Origin: a virus
Taxonomy: Duplodnaviria > Caudoviricetes
Reading direction: 5' to 3' (one strand)
IMG/VR virus record: IMGVR_UViG_3300009037_000003
Location: 64,001-128,000 of that record
DNA: 64,000 bases
The notes under the pieces were generated by a model. It was not told the origin of the DNA, searched no databases, and was given only the letters and a program-made list of their open reading frames with translations. Positions 1 to 7,951 of this stretch are shown here, piece by piece. The position numbers and the translations under genes are program-made. Each line of letters begins with the position of its first letter. Within the stretch, counting starts at the first letter, position 1.

Positions 1-336
1 ATCCTCACGTACGGCGGAGTTATGCCGAAAGACGCAATGACTACTTGCTCGTCGTGCAAAATGTGGAACGATAATTATCTAGTCGTAAGCTGGGATGGAT
101 TAGTTAGTCCGTGTTTTCTTGATAATGGCATGAAACTGGTCATTGGTTCCGCAGTAGACACAACATTGGAGCATATTCAAAACGGCACAATGCGCAATAA
201 TATTCGCAAAGCGGCTATGGCTAGAACAATAGAACCGTGTGTGAAATGCTGCGACGCGTCACACTCCATCGATACTGTAGTCTACAGGAAAGGTGATACT
301 TACACGGAGAAGACAAGCAAATGGCGACAGCAATAA
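1..336 (+). CDS. Radical SAM protein, C-terminal SPASM/twitch domain (5'-truncated)
   Basis: Frame is open from base 1. Contains C..W...LVVSWDGLVSPC..D.....IG and a terminal CxxC (PCVKC), the SPASM/twitch pattern. Confidence 0.8.
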   Translation: MLTYGGVMPKDAMTTCSSCKMWNDNYLVVSWDGLVSPCFLDNGMKLVIGSAVDTTLEHIQNGTMRNNIRKAAMARTIEPCVKCCDASHSIDTVVYRKGDTYTEKTSKWRQQ

Positions 337-1214
337 TTACACCAGTTGGTAATGAAAAGGTAGAAGATTTGGTCGCTATGTACCAAGATGTCAGAACCAT
401 TGGTGATTGTCGATGGATAGTTGTTGTTGACGAGTCGACAAACCGATTATGTCGGGATTATTTACTAGAGATACAAAACCAAGACACGTCGATCGATTGC
501 GTGTGCAACACTGGGCGAAAAAGGGGAGTTGCAGGAGCATATGTTGCTGGTAATCGACGAGCGATAGAACTAGTGGCAGATAAGATTATCGAAGTCGACG
601 TCGGACATCCAGTGCGTTTAGTCCCAAAGATTCTTAGATTGTTAGATGAATATCCAGTAGTTTTTGGCACTAGAATGGCCAAGGCCGGAGGCGACTCACG
701 GGCTAGCTGGTATCGAAAATTGATCAGCGGACTAGGGACTATTATGTCTAGGAATATCCTTGGTATGAAATTCACCGACTGCACATCTGGATTCCAGGGG
801 TACAGATTGCAAGTAGCACAGTTAATGCCATTCGACGACTTTGTTTCAACAGGGCATTTTTATCAAACAGAGTTTAAATACTATTGTAGATCATTGGGTT
901 TTGCAGAAATACCTTTTATATACAATGGTGGTAGGACGTCGTTACGAGCAAAAGCAATACTCAAAGCATTTTTACAGTTTGTCAAATTACTTATTAAGCA
1001 TGACGAGAGTAACTGCATAACAATGCCAATCGATTTGTCGGTAGAAGAAACTGAGTTATTGACCTCCATTAAGGAAGATGTCAATTATTTCATAGGCAAA
1101 GAAAGAATGTTATGTCCACCTATCCTAGCCACACGTCTTAATGTGCTACTTAGTAAGATTAAAAAATTACTTGAGGAGAAGATAGATGATGTCGGTGACC
1201 GTCGGCGTAATTAG
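321..1214 (+). CDS. Glycosyltransferase family 2 (polyprenol-phosphate mannosyltransferase-like)
   Basis: IITPVGNE, VVVDES, EVDVGH (DxD), VVFGTR and DCTSGFQGYR motifs typical of DPM1-like GT2. Confidence 0.85.
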   Translation: MATAIITPVGNEKVEDLVAMYQDVRTIGDCRWIVVVDESTNRLCRDYLLEIQNQDTSIDCVCNTGRKRGVAGAYVAGNRRAIELVADKIIEVDVGHPVRLVPKILRLLDEYPVVFGTRMAKAGGDSRASWYRKLISGLGTIMSRNILGMKFTDCTSGFQGYRLQVAQLMPFDDFVSTGHFYQTEFKYYCRSLGFAEIPFIYNGGRTSLRAKAILKAFLQFVKLLIKHDESNCITMPIDLSVEETELLTSIKEDVNYFIGKERMLCPPILATRLNVLLSKIKKLLEEKIDDVGDRRRN

Positions 1215-1872
1215 TTGCAATAGGCCAGAACATTTAAGAGCAAGTCTCCGCACAATAGCTTCGCAAACAGTTGCGCCGGACGAAGTTATCATTGCTGACT
1301 GCAGCGATAATTTGACAGAGATTCAAGATGTCGTTATCGAGTTCGAGAAAATCAGCGGGATTCAGTGCCAGCTGAAATGGCGACGGAAGGATCAGATAAC
1401 TAGATCTCAGGGGAGACAATTATCTTTAGGAACGGCGGCATCTCCCATACTTATTTCTACGGAATGCGACATACTTTGGCCTACTGATATCGTAGAAGAA
1501 TCTATGAAGTATTTCCAACAGAGAAAGAAGATCTACGTTCAGCCATGGATTGCAGCATACGGATCGGACGGGAAACTAAGTCCTGTCATCAAGAATCACA
1601 GATGCGGGTTTTACCAGATGTTCTGGAGAAAAGACTTTGAGGCTATCGGTGGGTACAATCCACTGCTAACTGCGGGATGGGGATTCGAGGACGCCGATCT
1701 AAAGGAACGAATGATTGCGTACGGATGCAGTGTGGCGATAGTCGAAACGGTTGTAAAACATCAGTATCATCAAAAATCGGAATCGAATGATACCAATACG
1801 ACTAATCAAAAGATTGCCAGGAATAGTTACTTTGATCAAACCACAAAAACATGGAAGATGAGATGTCCGTAA
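1186..1872 (+). CDS. Glycosyltransferase family 2 with GT7-like C-terminus
   Basis: VGVISCNR, EVIIADCS, ECD, and IGGYN....GWGFED motif. Confidence 0.85.
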   Translation: MMSVTVGVISCNRPEHLRASLRTIASQTVAPDEVIIADCSDNLTEIQDVVIEFEKISGIQCQLKWRRKDQITRSQGRQLSLGTAASPILISTECDILWPTDIVEESMKYFQQRKKIYVQPWIAAYGSDGKLSPVIKNHRCGFYQMFWRKDFEAIGGYNPLLTAGWGFEDADLKERMIAYGCSVAIVETVVKHQYHQKSESNDTNTTNQKIARNSYFDQTTKTWKMRCP

Positions 1873-2594
1873 ATACTGACGTTACGATCATCATTAAGAC
1901 ATTCGAAAGACCGGAATGCCTCAAACGATTAGTTACGAGCATTAGACGGTACTATCCACTAATAAAGATTATTATAGCCGATGACAGTAAAACTCCTGCT
2001 ACATTGCAGGACGAGAACATAGAAATATGTACCATGCCGTTTGCATCCGGCAATTCAAAAGGTAGAAATTTCGCAGTCGCTAGAGTAAAAACGAAATATT
2101 TCATGACCCTAGATGATGATTTTATTTTCACCGAGAAAACTTCGTTGCGGAAACGGTATGATATTCTTGAGACGACGGATATCGATTTAGTCGGTTCAAA
2201 TGTCGACGACGGACAGAAAAGGCCGGGGATGCTTATTCGCATAGTAGATAAATCGCTTTATCGATGGCCTGGATCGAACGGTAGTTCATCGGGGTATCAG
2301 CTTTATGACTATGTGCCGCAATGTTTTATGGCAAGAACCAAACAGTTTGCCGATGCCGGAGGGTGGGACGACGATTTTTTGGTTTGGGATCATCTTGTAC
2401 TTTTTTTGAGATTATTAGGCAAGCTTAAAATTACAATGATACCAGAAGTCGATATTCTCCATAGGCAGGAATCTGGCAAATTGTACAAAGAGCATCGCTG
2501 GGGAGTCCGGCTCCAGAGGGATAGGCAACTGTTGACGACTAAATACGGTTTGATCGAGAAACCACCATTAATGGCGCCGAGAGAAGACAAATGA
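1863..2594 (+). CDS. Glycosyltransferase family 2
   Basis: VTIIIKTFERP, IIIADDS, SKGRN, TLDDDF, GGWD. Start placed at ATG 1863. Confidence 0.88.
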   Translation: MSVNTDVTIIIKTFERPECLKRLVTSIRRYYPLIKIIIADDSKTPATLQDENIEICTMPFASGNSKGRNFAVARVKTKYFMTLDDDFIFTEKTSLRKRYDILETTDIDLVGSNVDDGQKRPGMLIRIVDKSLYRWPGSNGSSSGYQLYDYVPQCFMARTKQFADAGGWDDDFLVWDHLVLFLRLLGKLKITMIPEVDILHRQESGKLYKEHRWGVRLQRDRQLLTTKYGLIEKPPLMAPREDK

Positions 2595-3325
2595 AAAATA
2601 TTTGGATGTACTGGGACAATTACCCTGGGCAAACTACTCCGACATACATACGATTATGCCATGAAACGATTCGTCGGCACTGTTCCAAAAACTTGCAGAT
2701 TAATATCGTGACAACAGAGAATGTTAGAGACTTCTTACCACAGATCGATAATAAATTTTTTGCCATCGCACAGATCAATAACAAGTCGAATTATTTACGA
2801 TACAAGCTACTTAGTGAATTCGGTGGTATCTGGTTAGATTCGGATTTCATTTGTGTCGAAAATCTTGAACCGATGACAGAATTGTTGTATGACGGAATTG
2901 AAGTTGTCGCCACGGCAAGTCTTGGGTTGAAATACGGTGAACCAGAATGCGGGTTTCTAGTGTCAACTCCTGGTAACCAAATAATCAGGAGCGCCATATC
3001 GTATGTCGAACATATGATAGACCTTTATCCGCCAGGACACATATTTCCATGGGGGTCTCTCGGTCCTGCTGCGATCAGGCAGGCGGTTAAGGGTAGAAAA
3101 TATCATCATTTGGACAGCAGACTGACTATGCCTATTCCATCGTGGGAGGCTCATAGGTTCGGTACGTCGGAGTCTCTAGAAAGACTTTGGCCGGGATTTT
3201 ACGGGATAATGTTATACCATCAAATGTTCAAGCAGGAGAAAAGTCCGATACTAACAATGAGCGAAAACGAATTAATGACGTCGCCGCTACTTATATCTCA
3301 AATTTTCAGGAAAGCAGTATCATGA
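2591..3325 (+). CDS. DxD glycosyltransferase, GT32 / capsular polysaccharide synthesis-like
   Basis: NIWMYW, YLRYKLLSEFGGIWLDSD and GSLGP motifs. Confidence 0.85.
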   Translation: MKNIWMYWDNYPGQTTPTYIRLCHETIRRHCSKNLQINIVTTENVRDFLPQIDNKFFAIAQINNKSNYLRYKLLSEFGGIWLDSDFICVENLEPMTELLYDGIEVVATASLGLKYGEPECGFLVSTPGNQIIRSAISYVEHMIDLYPPGHIFPWGSLGPAAIRQAVKGRKYHHLDSRLTMPIPSWEAHRFGTSESLERLWPGFYGIMLYHQMFKQEKSPILTMSENELMTSPLLISQIFRKAVS

Positions 3326-4149
3326 CTTCGTGCAATGAAGAACGAATGTGTTTTTTGACCGTAGCGAATCTAGCTTATCAACACTATATCCCGTGGTATA
3401 TTCTTTTTCTGAACAGAGCTTATCCGCAGGCAAAAAAAATTGTACTGTTAGACAGTAATATATGCGAACACATCAAAAAGAACCTCGATTCCGTCGGAAC
3501 TAATAATTGCGAAATACGCGAATATGCATTTGGTAAGCATAGGTCGGTTGACGGTAATGCGATTAAAATTTTGAGGTGGCTATACTACGAATCATTCCTA
3601 GAAGATTATGATTGTGTTGCTATCGGCGATGTCGATCTTGCGATATGTCGAGAATCACCCTCTTTTATGGAGCAGCATCTTCGGCATTGCGATAAAACGG
3701 GATTGCCATACAGTAATTACGTTAGGAAGTCTAATACAAACCTTAAGCCTAGGATGAGCGGGATGCATGTTATCAGACCTAAAAGATGGTTTGCCGCCGT
3801 TCTCTCAATCATAAACGAATATCGAGAAAAGTTACACACGATAAAGCTATCGAACGAACATATACTATACAGAATAATTGCCGATTCGCCACTTGGTGAA
3901 CCACCAGCAGATCTGTCATCGACATATTGGTCATCTATTGTAACTTCGGCGCATCACGGAATTCATATTCCGATAGCGGTCAATCAGAATGCTATAAAAC
4001 AACTTCGAGCAATTCCAGGATTTATGTATCATAAGTACGAATTCTTGGCATGTATCGATACGAAATCTTTCAAGGAATTGTCTAAAGCTTTCCCTACTAC
4101 CGGTAGAAATTTTGAAGCCGTAAGGAAAATATATCAAAATGAAGATTAA
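3322..4149 (+). CDS. Putative GT-A fold glycosyltransferase
   Basis: ATGA overlap with the upstream stop fixes the start at 3322. IGDVD DxD motif; sits in the GT cluster. Confidence 0.5.
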   Translation: MTSCNEERMCFLTVANLAYQHYIPWYILFLNRAYPQAKKIVLLDSNICEHIKKNLDSVGTNNCEIREYAFGKHRSVDGNAIKILRWLYYESFLEDYDCVAIGDVDLAICRESPSFMEQHLRHCDKTGLPYSNYVRKSNTNLKPRMSGMHVIRPKRWFAAVLSIINEYREKLHTIKLSNEHILYRIIADSPLGEPPADLSSTYWSSIVTSAHHGIHIPIAVNQNAIKQLRAIPGFMYHKYEFLACIDTKSFKELSKAFPTTGRNFEAVRKIYQNED

Positions 4150-5095
4150 AACATTTACATTTCATCCTTCGGCACGTCTACGCATGGCTATTCTCGAACC
4201 GACGCTAATCAGACATGGCCATAGTATTGTCAACAGTCTGTCCGAAGCCGATTTGTGTATATTGGATGTTATGCATGTTCATGACGTTCCGGCGGACGTG
4301 ATGGATTCGGTTTGTAATTTTGGCGGCAAAATAGCGTTGTCATCGCTTGGTGACTGGAATTTATTTCGCCTTACGACGAACGACGTTTCAATCCCCGACG
4401 AATTGATAGAAAAAGCATCGGCATTCTTAAAGGTCCAGTGGTCTTGCGACGACAGTATATATGACAGTCGCATAACAAACAAACGAATAACTGTTCAACC
4501 GTTTTTAATCGGTGGAATTCCAGCTCCAACATCGACATACATGAAAAAACCGGTTATTTCGTTTTACGGTTTACCGACTGGTCACCTTGATGTAGAAAAA
4601 AATACCAGGATCCTGGCATGTCGGACACTAAAAAATCATCCTGCTTTCCGTGGAGGTATTACTGGCCAAGAACCGGGCGCGATAAGGAACGGTATTTCCG
4701 ACATCGTTATATCATCAAGGCCTCGTCCTATCTATCTCAACAATCTTAACACTTCGCTTATCTCTCTTTGTTTACCTGGCAACAGTCCTTTAAGCTATCG
4801 ACATTTTGAATCGCTCGGAGTCGGGTCATGTGTCATGTCTTGCGATTTAAACAACTGCAAATGGCTAAATAGAATGACCCCAGGAATCGACTACTATGAA
4901 GTGAAATCAGATTTATCGGACTTACTGGTAGTCTGCGACCTTGCATTGAGCGATATCGCCAGAACCAGAGAAATAGCAATGAATGGGTATGCGCTGTATC
5001 AAGATTATTACCGATTGCAACCGGATAATTCGATGACCGATAATATGTGGAACGATATCTTGCTTCAGTTTCATAGATGCGGCATAGAATTATAG
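4139..5095 (+). CDS. Putative glycosyltransferase (GT90/CgeB-like C-terminal domain)
   Basis: SLCLPGN...SYRHFESLGVGS, PGIDYY, DLSDL, EIAMNG pattern. Confidence 0.65.
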   Translation: MKIKTFTFHPSARLRMAILEPTLIRHGHSIVNSLSEADLCILDVMHVHDVPADVMDSVCNFGGKIALSSLGDWNLFRLTTNDVSIPDELIEKASAFLKVQWSCDDSIYDSRITNKRITVQPFLIGGIPAPTSTYMKKPVISFYGLPTGHLDVEKNTRILACRTLKNHPAFRGGITGQEPGAIRNGISDIVISSRPRPIYLNNLNTSLISLCLPGNSPLSYRHFESLGVGSCVMSCDLNNCKWLNRMTPGIDYYEVKSDLSDLLVVCDLALSDIARTREIAMNGYALYQDYYRLQPDNSMTDNMWNDILLQFHRCGIEL

Positions 5096-5123
5096 AAAAA
5101 TGGCATTACCGGGAAGGTATAAT
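5095..5123 (+). promoter_or_regulatory. Class II promoter GAAAAA-N17-TATAAT, probably leaderless
   Basis: TATAAT at 5118-5123 lies 5 nt before the ATG at 5129; no Shine-Dalgarno. Confidence 0.55.
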
Positions 5124-5128
5124 CTAGC

Positions 5129-7519
5129 ATGACAATAGCATTCCAAGACTGTCAATGCGTTGTAGATCCGGGACATTTTCACATTGATAATGTCGACCTA
5201 AACTGTCCAGCTACATGGAAACTGATATCGGCCGGTAGCACACTTGGCGTTTTTCAGTTGGAGAAAAAATTAGGACAGGATTGGGCTAAACGGGTAAAGC
5301 CGAACACTATAGACGATCTCGCCGCTTTGATTAGCATGATGAGACCAGGAGCTCTTGAATCTGGGGCTAGCGAAAACTATGTTGGTGTCAAATTTGGTGC
5401 GAAAAAGGCGGAATACATACATCACGCCTTAAAACCGATCTTAGAACCAACTTATGCAAGCATGCTTTACCAGGAGCAAGTATTAAGAATAGCTAATGAC
5501 TTGGCCGGTTTTTCGCTAGAGGAAAGTGATACACTCCGGAAAAGTCTTGGTAAAAAAGATGTTAAGCTTATGGCATCACTCAAAAGCAAATTTGCTCTTG
5601 GATGTCAAAAGAAGGGAATAGAACCAGCTATTGCAGAAGAAATTTTCGGCTGGATCGAAAAATGTCAAAGGTATTTATTCAATAAATGCGTTTCCGGAGA
5701 CACTATACTGAAAAGATCTGCCGGTCAACGTTGTCAAAAAACCGTATCGCACTTATATCATATTAGAAATAATCTCGAATATGCTAAAAAGTACGGTCAT
5801 GAATCACTGCGAAAAAAGTGGAACGGATTGGGACATTACGGGCATGGACTATCTCTATGTTCAGATGGTCGTCTCCGGCCAAATATAATCCGAGACATAC
5901 AACTAGCAGGAACGCAACAATTATATAAAGTTACGCTTGAAAACGGGAGTTCGATTCGTATAACATTGCAGCATAAATTCCCTACCCCGAATGGCGAGAA
6001 AACTTTAGAGCAGCTTCGTATTGGCGATAGCCTATATTTGTGCGGAGAATATGAAAAACTCTGTGCCTCATGCCACAAGAAACACGATTACGGATTAGGA
6101 AGAGTCAAGCGAGGAGAAAAGGGATATCCTCATCAGTTATCCAAGATTAGATCCATAGAATTGGACAAAATAGAAGAGACATTTGACGTCACAATGGATG
6201 GTCCGAACCATAATTTTGTTACCGGCAGCAATATTGTTACATGCAACTCGCACGCCGTAGCTTATGCAGTTTTGGCTTACAAAACAGCATGGTTGAAATG
6301 CCATTTCCCGTTAGAGTTTTTTGCTTCATATCTAACATACTCGAATTATAAAATGGATCCCAAAGAAGAGGTCTACAGACTCGTGCAGGATGCAAGACTC
6401 TTCGATATAAACATTCTACCTCCCGACATCCGACAGAAAAATGTCCAATTTGAGATTGTTCCTGACTCGAACACCATCCGTTTTGGACTTGGAAGTATTA
6501 GGGGGGTAGGAGAAACAGCTATCCAAAAAATTATATCAGAAAACTCGCTAAATTCTTGGCCCGAATTTTTAGCAGCTGTTCCGGATTTGCATCGCAATGT
6601 TGGTGTTGCGCTGATAAAAGCCGGTGCGTGCGATCACTACGGCTTGGAGCGAAATCGCATGGTACAAGAACTAGAGGCGGTTCTGGGAACATCTGATGCG
6701 ATCGACGAGAATGGCGATAAAAAACCAGTCAAGGGCTTGACAGAAAAGGAAAAGGTATATTTTTTCGCAGCCATGACGCAAAACCGCCAAGCAACAGTTG
6801 CCGAAATTTTGTCACAGATGGCATTGCCTGTTCAGAGAACCAAGTCTTTGAGTGCTATGAAAATCGCAGATGTTCGTGCCGTAGCGGAAAAGTTTCTCCA
6901 TCAAATGATTGTCGATCAAAAATCTATTGTAGATATTGATGCGAGCTTATTCGTGTATACGACCGAGACCGAGATAGACGGATGGATTATGGACGCATTG
7001 AAAAGACCGAAAACGGATATTATTCAACTGCTTAAACATAACGGATACGTAGACGATATCGCCAAATCTCCATGCGCAAATGACGCAAGACGGAATATAA
7101 TCGCAGAAAAGGTGCAACAATTAGCAACTACGACAAAAGATACTAAAACTGGTATCGCGGCGGCCGAAAAACATTTTTTGGGAATATCGCTGACTGCGTC
7201 TGCGGTTGACGATATCGATACATCTGATGCGACACATAATTGTATAGATGTTGCAAAAGAATTGAACGGTCCAAGTATAATAGTATGTGCGATAATTGAT
7301 GAAGTCAAATTGACCAAGACGAAACGCGGGAAAACTCCGGGACAAAGCATGTGTTTTTTGACAATCAGTGATTCATCGTATTCCATAGATCATGCAGTCG
7401 TTTTCCCCGATAATTTCGATAGACTGAAAGGACTCTGTAAGGTGGGACACATTTGTCTATTCTACGGATCAAAGAAAAACGGTAGTTTTCTTATAGACGA
7501 TATGACAAAGTTAATTTAA
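5129..7519 (+). CDS. dnaE: DNA polymerase III alpha subunit, C-terminal half (fingers, HhH, OB), intein-containing
   Basis: GVFQLE, RPG, LYQEQ, FNK|SHAVAY, IRFGLGSIRGVG, LIKAGA, EKHFLG and OB-fold MCFLTISD. PHP domain and palm aspartate motifs are absent. Confidence 0.92.
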   Translation: MTIAFQDCQCVVDPGHFHIDNVDLNCPATWKLISAGSTLGVFQLEKKLGQDWAKRVKPNTIDDLAALISMMRPGALESGASENYVGVKFGAKKAEYIHHALKPILEPTYASMLYQEQVLRIANDLAGFSLEESDTLRKSLGKKDVKLMASLKSKFALGCQKKGIEPAIAEEIFGWIEKCQRYLFNKCVSGDTILKRSAGQRCQKTVSHLYHIRNNLEYAKKYGHESLRKKWNGLGHYGHGLSLCSDGRLRPNIIRDIQLAGTQQLYKVTLENGSSIRITLQHKFPTPNGEKTLEQLRIGDSLYLCGEYEKLCASCHKKHDYGLGRVKRGEKGYPHQLSKIRSIELDKIEETFDVTMDGPNHNFVTGSNIVTCNSHAVAYAVLAYKTAWLKCHFPLEFFASYLTYSNYKMDPKEEVYRLVQDARLFDINILPPDIRQKNVQFEIVPDSNTIRFGLGSIRGVGETAIQKIISENSLNSWPEFLAAVPDLHRNVGVALIKAGACDHYGLERNRMVQELEAVLGTSDAIDENGDKKPVKGLTEKEKVYFFAAMTQNRQATVAEILSQMALPVQRTKSLSAMKIADVRAVAEKFLHQMIVDQKSIVDIDASLFVYTTETEIDGWIMDALKRPKTDIIQLLKHNGYVDDIAKSPCANDARRNIIAEKVQQLATTTKDTKTGIAAAEKHFLGISLTASAVDDIDTSDATHNCIDVAKELNGPSIIVCAIIDEVKLTKTKRGKTPGQSMCFLTISDSSYSIDHAVVFPDNFDRLKGLCKVGHICLFYGSKKNGSFLIDDMTKLI
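5687..6247 (+). mobile_element. Intein (187 aa) in DnaE with HNH remnant
   Basis: Starts CVSGDT, block B TLQHKF, ends FDVTM...HNFV....VTCN followed by Ser. Removal restores FNKSH. Confidence 0.9.
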
Positions 7520-7529
7520 GGAGCAAAGT

Positions 7530-7940
7530 ATGTCAGAATTAGCAGTGTATGGTATTGGTTCTGTAGTAGTTGATCCAGAGCTGAAGACAGTTGGTGATTC
7601 ATCTGTGTTACGATTCAAAGCAGCTTTTAACCGTAATTACAAGACCAGAGATGGCGAATGGAAGGAAGACCCCGTTTTTATTCGCTGCGAGCTATGGGGT
7701 GAGCGAGCGACAAAAGTAGCTTTGAAGAAGGGAACATTAGTTTATATTAAGGGGTACGTAAAACAAGACAGCTATGAATCGAAGGACGGGCAGAAGATGA
7801 CTATGCTCTACTTGGCAGTATCTGATCTAAACGTTTGCGAACGCACCAAGGCCGGTTCAGAAGTAAAAACTCAGAAAGCAACCGTTACGGGTACTGTTAG
7901 CATGGCGGATAGCCAAAACATGGACGATATGCCTTTCTAG
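7530..7940 (+). CDS. ssb: Single-stranded DNA-binding protein
   Basis: DPELK, DGEW, FIRCELWG, KKG.LVYIKG and acidic DDMPF tail. Confidence 0.93.
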   Translation: MSELAVYGIGSVVVDPELKTVGDSSVLRFKAAFNRNYKTRDGEWKEDPVFIRCELWGERATKVALKKGTLVYIKGYVKQDSYESKDGQKMTMLYLAVSDLNVCERTKAGSEVKTQKATVTGTVSMADSQNMDDMPF

Positions 7941-7951
7941 GAATTGTTTGT

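Noticed and set aside
5129-5200. Trans-splicing split intein at the DnaE N-terminus
   Set aside because: No IntC signature (block F/G ending Asn followed by Cys/Ser/Thr) near the start; the only intein is internal and contiguous.
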